Origin: an uncultured bacterium
GTDB taxonomy: Bacteria; Patescibacteriota; Patescibacteriia; Magasanikbacterales; UBA922
Assembly: GCA_937861125.1 (NCBI GenBank)
Contig: CALMAY010000038.1
Span: 190,921 to 254,920, forward strand
DNA: 64,000 nt
Direction of reading: 5' to 3'
In this document: piece after piece, positions 7,524-16,319 of the stretch
Numbering within the stretch: position 1 is the first letter of the stretch
Layout of the letters: the number at the start of each line of letters is the position of its first letter
Notes under the pieces: model-generated
The model's database searches: none
What the model saw: only the letters and a program-made list of their open reading frames with translations
Told to the model about the DNA's origin: nothing
Made by a program: the position numbers and the translations under genes

Positions 7524-9587
7524 ATGCAAAAATCTAAAAAACAATATAGTAACACAGCGTCGACCATGTCTTCGCTCTATTGGGGTTTGGCAGGTATTGT
7601 CATCCTTTTTCTCTTTACTGCGTCGTTTATTGCTCCAACATACGCAAACAAAGCAATTGATGCAGTAAATAATACAATCGCTTTGGGAATTCCTCGATTT
7701 TCTGAGGAACCATTCAAACTTGGTCTGGATCTTCGTGGTGGTGCACACTTAGTATACACCGCAGATGTTAGTGCAACACCGGAGGCAGACAAAACCAAAG
7801 CGCTCGAAGGTGCACGTGATGTGATCGAGCGTCGTGTCAACGCACTCGGAGTTGGTGAAGCCAGTATTCGTACTTCAAAAGTAGGGGATGAGTATCGTAT
7901 TGATGTGGAAATGCCTGGTGTGACTGATGTAGGTGAGGCAATCGCACGTATTGGAGATACTCCTATATTAGAGTTTAAAGAAAAAAATACAGAGCCACCT
8001 CGCACTCTCACAGCGGAAGAAAAAAAACAAATTGCAGCGTATAATGCAGAAGCAAAAAAACGTGCAACAAGTGCGTTGAATCGCGTTCGTAAGAATGAAG
8101 ATTTTGCAACAGTGGCAAAAGAGGTCTCAGAGGACAGTACAAGTAAAAATAACGGAGGAGATGTTGGGTTTCTTGCGAAAGACACTGTAGATGCAACACT
8201 CTATACTGCTGTAGCAGAGTTGAAAGATGGACAAGTCCGCTCAACTCTTTTGGATACGCCCGATGCATATTTTGTTTTAAAAAGAAATACTACAAAAGAT
8301 GGTGCAAAATTTGCTGATGTCAGTCATATTTTGATTTGTTCCAAAGATATACCAGGGTGTGGTAGTACACTAAGTGATGAAGAGGCAAAAGCAGAAGCAG
8401 AGAGAATATATGGTCTTGCAACTGCAAACAATTTTGCTGAATTAGCAAAAGAATATTCTCAAGATCCTACATCTGCTACTATGGGTGGTTCGCTTGGTGA
8501 ATTAAAACAGGGCATTCTTGCAGAACAATTACCAACGCTTGATACAGCTATTTTTGCAGCAGAATCCAATCAAATTATTGGACCAGTACAAACAGAGCTT
8601 GGATATCACATTGTATATATACAAAATAAAGCAGTATCAAAAGAATATCAAACTCAACTTATTTCTATTGGAAAACAAACCGAAGCAAGTGTTCTCGGAC
8701 CACAAGATCCATGGAAATTTACTGGATTATCAGGAAAACAACTTTCTCGAGCTGAGGTGGTCACTGATCCACAAACTGGCGCTGCGATGGTTTCGCTAAA
8801 ATTCAATGATGAAGGTACGCAGCTATTTGCTGATATTACAAAGAAAAATCTCAAACAACCTGTGGCTATCTTTTTGGATGGTGTACTATTGTCTGATCCA
8901 GTTGTACAGGTAGAAATTACCAATGGTGAAGCGGTGATTTCGGGTGTGGGTACTATAAAAGATGCGCAACTGCTCGCGCAGCGTCTCAATGCTGGTGCTT
9001 TACCCGTACCAGTAGAACTTGTCTCACGAGAAACTATTGGAGCAAGTCTTGGGGCAGAGTCATTAAGTCGAAGTATGAAAGCTGGGATTATCGGTTTGGT
9101 GATCGTTATGGTATTGATGACACTGTATTATCGACTTCCTGGGTTCCTTGCTACTATCTCACTTGCACTGTACATCACACTGACATTATCAGTATTCAAA
9201 ATGATGGGTGTGACCATGACTCTTTCAGGTATTGCTGGTTTGATTCTTTCTGTGGGTGTTGCTATGGATGCAAATGTGCTGATATTTGAGCGTATGAAAG
9301 AAGAGCTACAACGTGGTAGAAGTCTAAAGAATGCAATGGAAGAAGGATTTGTTCGCGCCTGGTCCTCTATTAAAGACAGTAATGTGTCAACGTTAATTAC
9401 CGGATTGCTACTTGCTTGGATTGGCACTAGTTTTGTTCAAGGATTTGCAATCACGCTCGCACTTGGTGTTGTCATCAGTATGTTTACTGCAATTACAATC
9501 ACTCGTGTTTTCTTGCGTATTGTCGTTACCTATTTTCCGTCCCAAGGACACTGGTTGTTTCTTGGATATACCAAAAAAAGTTCTTAA
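7524..9587 (+). CDS. secD: protein translocase subunit SecD with inserted parvulin-like PPIase modules
   Basis: LGLDLRGGAHLVY, ARDVIERRVNALGVGEASI, P1 base (VAIFLDGVLLSDPVV, LNAGALPVPVELV) and a 6-TM C-terminus (GVAMDANVLIFERMKEE). The track start 7485 is a TTG inside the -35 box, so I use ATG 7524. Confidence 0.93.
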   Translation: MQKSKKQYSNTASTMSSLYWGLAGIVILFLFTASFIAPTYANKAIDAVNNTIALGIPRFSEEPFKLGLDLRGGAHLVYTADVSATPEADKTKALEGARDVIERRVNALGVGEASIRTSKVGDEYRIDVEMPGVTDVGEAIARIGDTPILEFKEKNTEPPRTLTAEEKKQIAAYNAEAKKRATSALNRVRKNEDFATVAKEVSEDSTSKNNGGDVGFLAKDTVDATLYTAVAELKDGQVRSTLLDTPDAYFVLKRNTTKDGAKFADVSHILICSKDIPGCGSTLSDEEAKAEAERIYGLATANNFAELAKEYSQDPTSATMGGSLGELKQGILAEQLPTLDTAIFAAESNQIIGPVQTELGYHIVYIQNKAVSKEYQTQLISIGKQTEASVLGPQDPWKFTGLSGKQLSRAEVVTDPQTGAAMVSLKFNDEGTQLFADITKKNLKQPVAIFLDGVLLSDPVVQVEITNGEAVISGVGTIKDAQLLAQRLNAGALPVPVELVSRETIGASLGAESLSRSMKAGIIGLVIVMVLMTLYYRLPGFLATISLALYITLTLSVFKMMGVTMTLSGIAGLILSVGVAMDANVLIFERMKEELQRGRSLKNAMEEGFVRAWSSIKDSNVSTLITGLLLAWIGTSFVQGFAITLALGVVISMFTAITITRVFLRIVVTYFPSQGHWLFLGYTKKSS

Positions 9588-9597
9588 TTGAGCCTGT

Positions 9598-10518
9598 ATG
9601 ATTCAACTTCTTGACTATCGAAAAATTTCTCTTTCTCTTTCGGCTACGTTGTTTGCATTGAGTATTCTTGCCATGGTGTTTTTTGGCCTCAATGTTGGTA
9701 TTGATTTTACCGGAGGTTCATTGCTTGAGGTAGAGTTTACTAGTTCTCGTCCTGCCGTAGAAGAAGTATATGGTGCATTGAAACCGCTAGATTTGGGTGG
9801 TGTGGTTGCACAGCCAGTTGGTGACCAAAATATGATTATGAAGATGAGGTATATTGATGAAACACAGCATCAGCAGATTTTAGGTGTTTTGCGAGATACT
9901 TTTGCACAAGATGGTATCAATACTGTGCTCGAACGTCGTCTGGATACTATTGGGCCATCTGTAGGTGAACAGCTTCGTAATAGAGCGCTGTATGCGGGGG
10001 TTGCTGTCCTTCTTGCTATTTTGGGATATATTGCTTTTGCTTTTCGTGGTGTGTCACGACCAATCCCATCATGGCAGTATGGTGGCGCGGCCATTATTGC
10101 TTTGGTGCACGATGTGGTGATTACTATGGGTGTATTTGCTGTGCTTGGTCACTATTTTGGTGTAGAACTTGATATTGCTTTTGTAGTAGCGATGTTGACA
10201 GTGCTTGGATATTCAGTAAATGATACGATTGTGGTCTTTGATCGTATTCGTGAAAATCTTCTTCATGATGGTCCACGTCAGTTTACTCAAACTGTAAATA
10301 ATGGTATCAAAGAAACACTGGTTCGCTCAATCAATACGGGTATGGCAACACTTATTTCTCTTACTGCTCTTTTTGTGCTAGGGGGAGATAGTATCCGTTA
10401 TTTTTCATTAGCGTTAATTATTGGTATTATTCTTGGTACATACTCATCAATTTTTGTGGCTAGTGCGTTGTTGGTTGTCTGGAATGAACATATGATTAAA
10501 AAAGAGAGTAAGGTATAG
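9598..10518 (+). CDS. secF: protein translocase subunit SecF
   Basis: 306 aa with GIDFTGGSLLEVEF, ALVHDVVITMGVFA and GYSVNDTIVVFDRIREN. Confidence 0.95.
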   Translation: MIQLLDYRKISLSLSATLFALSILAMVFFGLNVGIDFTGGSLLEVEFTSSRPAVEEVYGALKPLDLGGVVAQPVGDQNMIMKMRYIDETQHQQILGVLRDTFAQDGINTVLERRLDTIGPSVGEQLRNRALYAGVAVLLAILGYIAFAFRGVSRPIPSWQYGGAAIIALVHDVVITMGVFAVLGHYFGVELDIAFVVAMLTVLGYSVNDTIVVFDRIRENLLHDGPRQFTQTVNNGIKETLVRSINTGMATLISLTALFVLGGDSIRYFSLALIIGIILGTYSSIFVASALLVVWNEHMIKKESKV

Positions 10519-10532
10519 ATGCCGATTCGTTG

Positions 10533-10563
10533 AAAACCAGAGTATTGGTACTCTGGTTTTTTT
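10533..10563 (+). terminator. intrinsic terminator after secF
   Basis: AACCAGAGTA ttgg TACTCTGGTT is a perfect 10-bp stem followed by a T-run. Confidence 0.85.
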
Positions 10564-10581
10564 GTGCTATACTATAAGTAT

Positions 10582-10761
10582 ATGGCAATGAGTGATAAAC
10601 AAATGACACACCTCGTGTGTGCATGTACAACCGGCGTTAGTTTATTCGCTTGGTTTGGTGGATACTTCTCTGGGAGAGAGGGGTGGTGGTGGACAATTGT
10701 GCTTGTCGCGGCTGTCTATTTTATCACCCTCGGTGTTCTTTCAGGTGGTGGTCATCATTAG
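10582..10761 (+). CDS. hypothetical small membrane protein
   Basis: Two hydrophobic segments with a W-rich turn (GREGWWWT). The track start 10564 overlaps a TATACT box, so ATG 10582 or 10588 is more likely. Confidence 0.35.
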   Translation: MAMSDKQMTHLVCACTTGVSLFAWFGGYFSGREGWWWTIVLVAAVYFITLGVLSGGGHH

Positions 10762-10773
10762 TACAGTGTACAT

Positions 10774-12204
10774 ATGGAGCTCTATTTTGGTTTTTTTTCG
10801 ATTGATCTCACGAGCATCGTGACCTATCTGCAGGAAGCGGGTCCTGTCAATCTGGTGTTGGCATTTTTTGCGTTAGGTGGTTGGTTATTACCGATAAAAT
10901 ACTTTGTTCATACTGCATCACATACTCTTGAGCACCGTGCTTCGCATCGTGTTACACATGGCTGGAAATGGGTGACACTTGCTATTGATATGCCACAGAT
11001 GAATGTACAGACACCGATGGCAGTAGAGCAAATGTTTGCACATCTTGCTGGAGCACTCGATGGTACTGATTTTAAAGGAAAATATTGGACAGGGTTTGCG
11101 CAAAAATATTTTAGTTTTGAAATCGTCAGTATTGAAGGGTATATTCAGTTTATTGTTCGTACTGAAGAAAGTCTTGCTGATTTAGTCCAGACAGCCCTAT
11201 ATGCACAGTATCCAGAGGTAGAGATTACAGAGATAGAAGATTATATTGATTTGGTTCCAAGTACGATTCCAAATCCAACTCATGAAGTGTGGGTGTCTGA
11301 TTTTGGTTTGGCTGAGGATGATGCATATCCTATTCGTTCATATAAACAATTTGAGCATAGTATCTCAAAAGATACTGTACTAAAAGATCCAATGGGGACT
11401 TTTTTGGAAAGCTTTACGCGTATTGGTCCTGGAGAACAAATGTGGTTTCAAATTATTGTTGAGCCTATTGATAATAGTTGGAAAGCATCCGCAATTAAAA
11501 AAATAAATGAGATTATTGGTGCAAAAGCAGATCATCATGGGCATGGTAATCCAGTTGCAGATGCGTTTGTAAAGTATTCTATGCAGACAATTGTAACGAT
11601 GGGGGATTATGCGTTTAATCGTCCTCCTAGTGCTGCGCATGATGAACATGCATCTGATGATGGTCCTCCAAATCAATTATCATATCTCACACCAGGACAA
11701 AAAAAGATAGTTGAATCAATGGAAGACAAAATCTCCAAAATTGGCTTTAAGGTAAAAATGCGTGGTGCGTATATTGCCAAAAAAGAAGTGTTTAAAAAAA
11801 GTCGTGCAGTCACTTCTTTGGTCGGAGCGATTAACCAGTATAATGTTCCAAGTGCTAATTCCATCGTACCAAAAGATAAAAATAAGAAAAAGAAAAAAGT
11901 ACCTGCGCCAAAATTATTTAAGGCATATCGAGAGCGTGATCTGGGTGCAGGTGCGCCTACGTCAATATTAAATATTGAAGAATTGGCAACAATTTGGCAT
12001 TTCCCAATGTCACATGTCAAAACACCGCTGGTACAAAAGGCTTCTATTAAATATGTCGAACCACCTTCTGGCTTACCTACAGAATCAATTGGTGCTGTTT
12101 CAGTTCCTCTTGAGGTGAGTAAAAAGGAACATATCACCAAAACACCATCGGTATACGACACTGATTCTGGGCCACAGTATGGGTCTGGACAGCAGTTTGG
12201 ATGA
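10774..12204 (+). CDS. membrane-anchored protein homologous to the N-terminal half of the 859-aa TraD/VirD4-like fusion (20138-22714)
   Basis: By-eye alignment to the fusion protein: FSFEIVSIEGYIQFIVRT / FTFEIVVRNHLIYFYVEV, LYAQYPEVEITEIEDY / IQAQYPYAEIEEIVDY, EELATIWHFPMSHVKTP / EEMASLWHLPLHSTETP. It has no ATPase domain. Confidence 0.8.
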   Translation: MELYFGFFSIDLTSIVTYLQEAGPVNLVLAFFALGGWLLPIKYFVHTASHTLEHRASHRVTHGWKWVTLAIDMPQMNVQTPMAVEQMFAHLAGALDGTDFKGKYWTGFAQKYFSFEIVSIEGYIQFIVRTEESLADLVQTALYAQYPEVEITEIEDYIDLVPSTIPNPTHEVWVSDFGLAEDDAYPIRSYKQFEHSISKDTVLKDPMGTFLESFTRIGPGEQMWFQIIVEPIDNSWKASAIKKINEIIGAKADHHGHGNPVADAFVKYSMQTIVTMGDYAFNRPPSAAHDEHASDDGPPNQLSYLTPGQKKIVESMEDKISKIGFKVKMRGAYIAKKEVFKKSRAVTSLVGAINQYNVPSANSIVPKDKNKKKKKVPAPKLFKAYRERDLGAGAPTSILNIEELATIWHFPMSHVKTPLVQKASIKYVEPPSGLPTESIGAVSVPLEVSKKEHITKTPSVYDTDSGPQYGSGQQFG

Positions 12205-12339
12205 CTTTTACTACAATACGTGGGCACTACAGCAGAGAAACACACTGCCTTTGACATTTGAGTGTTTTGATGATAGTATTCGCGTGTTTTATTATTTTAA
12301 TTGGTCAAGTGTTGTGGTGTTTTTTGTGTTATAGTGACT

Positions 12340-13305
12340 ATGTGGATCAAAAATATTCTCAAAGATAATCGTAACATCCTCGCCCTTTCGCCAATGGCGG
12401 ATATGACTGACTCTCCATTTTGTCAGATTGTTCGTGTTATTGGTGGTGCTGATGTGGTCTATCGTGAGATGGTGTCAGCCGAAGCGCTGGTACGGGAGAA
12501 CAAGAAGACACTCGATATGACTGATTTTGTTCCTGCTGAACGTCCAATTGTGCAGCAGATTTTTGGATCAGATCCACTTACTATGGCTCATGCGGCGAGT
12601 ATTGTGATGGAACATGCCAATCCAGAGGGGATTGATATTAACATGGGTTGTCCTGTATATAAGATTACGAGTAATTTTAATGGCTGTGCGCTCATGAAAG
12701 ATCCTGTGGCGGCAGGAAATATTATTCGTGAAATGAAACGTGCAATTGGTGATACACCGTTGTCAGTCAAAATTCGCCTCGGTTGGAGTGATCCAGATGA
12801 ATGTCTGACGTTTATTCCTATCATTGAAGATGCTGGCGCTGACCTTATTACCATTCATGGACGTACCAAAGCACAAGGGTATAGTGGTGTGAGTGATTGG
12901 GTTCGTATTGGTAAAGCAAAGCAAATTGCTCGTGTACCACTGATCGCTAACGGTGATATTCATAAACCTGCACAAGTAGAAAAAGCGCTTAAAATCACTG
13001 GTGCTGATGGTGTTTTGATCGCTCGCGGCGCACTGGGAAATCCATGGTTTTTTTCACAAGTACTTGGAAACACCGACACAATTGTTTCAATGGAAGAGCG
13101 AAAACAAATTGTCCTAAAACACGCGAGACTTCATATCATTCGTTATGGTGAAAAGGGTATGGTGACATTTCGCAAACATCTGGCGTGGTATTTCAAAACA
13201 GATCGTATCGGATATGAACTTCCAGGCGTCAAGGATATTCGGATGCAGTTGATGAAAATATCGACATATCAGGAGTTAGAAGATGTACTCAAACAATTGC
13301 ATTAA
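12340..13305 (+). CDS. dus: tRNA-dihydrouridine synthase
   Basis: LSPMADMTDSPF, GIDINMGCP, VKIRLGW, ITIHGRT and LIARGALGNPWFF. I use ATG 12340 rather than the track's TTG 12301. Confidence 0.9.
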   Translation: MWIKNILKDNRNILALSPMADMTDSPFCQIVRVIGGADVVYREMVSAEALVRENKKTLDMTDFVPAERPIVQQIFGSDPLTMAHAASIVMEHANPEGIDINMGCPVYKITSNFNGCALMKDPVAAGNIIREMKRAIGDTPLSVKIRLGWSDPDECLTFIPIIEDAGADLITIHGRTKAQGYSGVSDWVRIGKAKQIARVPLIANGDIHKPAQVEKALKITGADGVLIARGALGNPWFFSQVLGNTDTIVSMEERKQIVLKHARLHIIRYGEKGMVTFRKHLAWYFKTDRIGYELPGVKDIRMQLMKISTYQELEDVLKQLH

Positions 13306-13318
13306 AAAATCCACTCGT

Positions 13319-14173
13319 CTATGAGCGGATTTTTTTTTGTGCACATTGAGCTGTGTTTGCAAGAAGATGAGCGACGGTGATAGGTCCGACACCACCAGGT
13401 GTGGGGGTGACAGCAGATGCTTTATGTACTATTTCATCAAAAATAATATCTCCAACCATCTTCCCATTTACAAAATCAATCCCAGTATCTATCACAATCG
13501 CACCTTCACGTATCATATCTCCTGTCAGGATACCATGTTTACCAACGCCAGTGATAATAATGTCAGCATTGAGACATTTTTCTTTTGTATCTCGTGTGGC
13601 GGTGTTTATCGTTGTGACACTTGCACGAGCGTTGATACACATGACAGTGAGTGGTTTACCCACCAGTGCCCCCACACCAATCAGTGTGACGTTTTTGCCA
13701 ACTAAGTCTATAGAAAGGCTTTCAAGAATAGAAAACACGGCTGCAGGAGTCGGTGGAAGGATTTCTTGGGTATTCATGAGTAATTTCCCTTGATTCTCAT
13801 TGGTGAGGCAGTCTACGTCGATGCTTGGGTCAATTGCGTTAAGAACAGTTGGTGTATAGAGATGATCTGGAATAGGGAGTTGGACGATTAATCCTGTCAA
13901 TTTGTTTTCTGCCTGGATTCGTTTCATCTCTTTCATCAACTCAATCTCAGTAATATCCGCTGGGTAGGTAAAGAGATCAAAACGAATACCGAGTTTTTCA
14001 GCAGCCTCACCTTTTTTTCGTACGTATGTTGCAGATGGTTTATCATCACCAACAAACACAACGCCAAGATGTGGAGTGACACCTTTATCTATACATTCAG
14101 CCACCATTTTTTGTGTATTAGTGTGAATGCTTTCTGCAATAATTTTACCATCTATAATGTTATTTTTGATCAT
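13319..14173 (-). CDS. folD: bifunctional methylenetetrahydrofolate dehydrogenase/cyclohydrolase
   Basis: 284 aa from ATG 14173 (MIKNNIIDGK). Motifs include VVFVGDDKPSATYVRKK, LIVQLPIP and TPTPGGVGPITVAHLL. The 407-aa track ORF is an artefactual 5' extension that overlaps the asparaginase gene. Confidence 0.92.
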   Translation of the reverse strand: MIKNNIIDGKIIAESIHTNTQKMVAECIDKGVTPHLGVVFVGDDKPSATYVRKKGEAAEKLGIRFDLFTYPADITEIELMKEMKRIQAENKLTGLIVQLPIPDHLYTPTVLNAIDPSIDVDCLTNENQGKLLMNTQEILPPTPAAVFSILESLSIDLVGKNVTLIGVGALVGKPLTVMCINARASVTTINTATRDTKEKCLNADIIITGVGKHGILTGDMIREGAIVIDTGIDFVNGKMVGDIIFDEIVHKASAVTPTPGGVGPITVAHLLANTAQCAQKKIRS

Positions 14174-14262
14174 AATATACCTTAGTATAGCAGAAAAAAT
14201 GTTTTTTGTAAATATGTCCAACGGCTTGTATTTTTTATTCAATTTGGTATGATAGTACGCAT

Positions 14263-15270
14263 ATGCATACACCAAAACTTCTTTTGCTTTTTGCTGGCGG
14301 TACCATTGGTATGGTACATAATTCTCAAACCGGCGCATTGGAACCAGCCGCCTCTGCCTTGGAACTTTTGCAACATATCCCAGAACTTCATGAAATTGCC
14401 GATATAGATTTTGAGTTGATTGATAATGTGGACAGTTCAAACATGACACCAGACCATTGGCAACGTCTGGCACAACGTATCGCTGATACATATCATCAGT
14501 ATGAGGGATTTGTAATTGCTCAGGGAACCGATACCATGGCATACACCGCTAGTGCGCTTTCTTTTGCTCTCGGTAATTTAGGAAAACCTGTAGTGTTGAC
14601 TGGATCGCTGATTCCTTTGAGTAAGGTAGGATCAGACGCGAGAAATAACCTAGTCTATGCGTGTATGACAGCTTCTCTTGATATTGCTGAAGTATGTATT
14701 GTACTTTCCAACACTATCTTGCGAGGGAATCGTGCAAAAAAACACCATGAATCATTTGTTGCAGCGTTTCACTCTCCTAATTTCCCCCCACTTGGAGAAT
14801 TGGGACGTCCAATCATGCTAAACGAATGGTGTAAAAAAAGACACACAAATACGCTTGAACTCAGAGCAACGTTTGATCATCGTATTATGGTAGTTCGCTT
14901 ATTCCCCGGTCTGGATCCACAAAATATTATGCAATTGCTTGATATGGGGAATATTCGCGCACTTATAATAGAGGGATTTGGCCCTGGGAATGTACCCTTT
15001 TTGAACCATTCTATGATACCCGTCATTGAGCAAGCCACATCAAAAAACATTCCAGTGATTATTGCAAATCAGATGGAACATGGGAAAACGAATCTCGAAG
15101 CGTATGGGGCTGGTTTACGCGCTGCGCAAGCTGGTGCGATCGGTGCTGAAGATATGACAGTGGAGGCCATTATTACCAAGACGATGTGGGCTCTCGCAGT
15201 GACGGCAGACATAGGTGTTTCAATACAAAAAATACTTCAAACAAATTACGCCGGTGAGATGCATGTATAG
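14263..15270 (+). CDS. type I L-asparaginase (AnsA/GatD-like)
   Basis: LLLFAGGTIGM, GFVIAQGTDTMAYTASALSF and VVLTGSLIPL. An extended -10 (TGgTATGAT) lies upstream. Confidence 0.8.
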   Translation: MHTPKLLLLFAGGTIGMVHNSQTGALEPAASALELLQHIPELHEIADIDFELIDNVDSSNMTPDHWQRLAQRIADTYHQYEGFVIAQGTDTMAYTASALSFALGNLGKPVVLTGSLIPLSKVGSDARNNLVYACMTASLDIAEVCIVLSNTILRGNRAKKHHESFVAAFHSPNFPPLGELGRPIMLNEWCKKRHTNTLELRATFDHRIMVVRLFPGLDPQNIMQLLDMGNIRALIIEGFGPGNVPFLNHSMIPVIEQATSKNIPVIIANQMEHGKTNLEAYGAGLRAAQAGAIGAEDMTVEAIITKTMWALAVTADIGVSIQKILQTNYAGEMHV

Positions 15271-15282
15271 AGTAGAAATACT

Positions 15283-16206
15283 CTATATTTTTTTTGGAAA
15301 TAACACTGACAGAAGTAAAGACATGCTTAGTGCACTCATGATAATACCAAATGACATGAGTGATGAGAGGTGAATATGGAAAATACCTGCAAGCATTTTG
15401 GCACCGATGAACATGAGAATAAAAGCAAGTCCTTTTTGGAGATAGTGAAATTTATGTACAACACCCTCGATGAGAAAAAAGAGTGCGCGAAGACCCATGA
15501 TAGCAAAGATATTTGAAGTAAAGACAATAAACGGATCCTGTGAAATTGCAAAAGCGGCAGGAATAGAGTCTACTGCAAAGATAATATCAGTCGCTTCGAC
15601 AAGAAGCACTATCATAAACAATACTGTTGCGTGCCATTTGCCATTTTCTTTCAAAAAGAACTTACCATCATGATAGTTGGTAGTAAACGCAAATATCTTT
15701 TTTGCCCAGCGTAAGATAAAATGGTTATTGAAATCTGCATGTTCTTCTTTCTTATCTTTGAGTAACATGACACCTGTGTACAGTAAAATAGCTCCAAAGA
15801 TGTAGAGTACCCAGTGGAATTGACTAATAATAAATGCGCCTAGTCCAATAAATATGGCTCGAAAAACAATTGCACCCATAATACCCCAAAAGAGTACTCG
15901 GTGATAATATTTTTCTTCAAGCCCAAAGAAGCTAAAGATGAGGAGAATGACAAAGAGATTGTCCACGGAAAGCATTTTTTCAGTGACATAGGCACTCATA
16001 AACGCTGCTGCCTGCTCTCCGCCCATGGACATGTAGATGAGTGCTCCAAATACACAAGAAATACCTACCCAAAAGAGCGATTGTAAAAAAGCAGATTTGA
16101 GTGAAATTTTGTGTGCTTTTCTATTTAGAAAACCTAAATCAACAATTAAAAAACCGATAATAATTGCGGCAAATAAATAAAAAAGGTTGATTTCTGCAGC
16201 CAACAT
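15283..16206 (-). CDS. TerC family integral membrane protein
   Basis: Polytopic protein with LSVDNLFVILLIF and FAVDSIPAAFAI, the motifs typical of TerC/Alx. Confidence 0.85.
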   Translation of the reverse strand: MLAAEINLFYLFAAIIIGFLIVDLGFLNRKAHKISLKSAFLQSLFWVGISCVFGALIYMSMGGEQAAAFMSAYVTEKMLSVDNLFVILLIFSFFGLEEKYYHRVLFWGIMGAIVFRAIFIGLGAFIISQFHWVLYIFGAILLYTGVMLLKDKKEEHADFNNHFILRWAKKIFAFTTNYHDGKFFLKENGKWHATVLFMIVLLVEATDIIFAVDSIPAAFAISQDPFIVFTSNIFAIMGLRALFFLIEGVVHKFHYLQKGLAFILMFIGAKMLAGIFHIHLSSLMSFGIIMSALSMSLLLSVLFPKKI

Positions 16207-16235
16207 AGGATGTGTTGTTAGAATGTTACATAGTG

Positions 16236-16306
16236 CTCGGGGACCTGGATTCGAACCAAGATAAACAGGTCCAGAACCTGTTGTCCTACCATTAGACGAT
16301 CCCCGA
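16236..16306 (-). tRNA. tRNA-Gln (anticodon CUG)
   Basis: Hand-folded cloverleaf. Acceptor UCGGGGA/UCCCCGA. D-stem GUCU/GGAC. Anticodon stem ACAGG/CCUGU with loop UUCUGGA. T-arm CUUGG-UUCGAAU-CCAGG. Discriminator G. CCA is not encoded. Confidence 0.9.
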
Positions 16307-16319
16307 ATAATAACGAACG

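Noticed and set aside
7577-8185. Long antisense ORFs inside secD, the 476-aa gene, the stand-alone ATPase gene and alaS (7577-8185, 11673-12257, 36843-37544, 46243-46851)
   Set aside because: These are shadow ORFs opposite well-supported genes. They have low-complexity Ser/Ala/Arg-rich translations and no independent signals.
13319-14542. 407-aa version of the folD ORF
   Set aside because: The first about 123 codons have no FolD similarity and overlap the asparaginase gene on the other strand. The canonical FolD N-terminus (MIKNNIIDGK) starts at ATG 14173.
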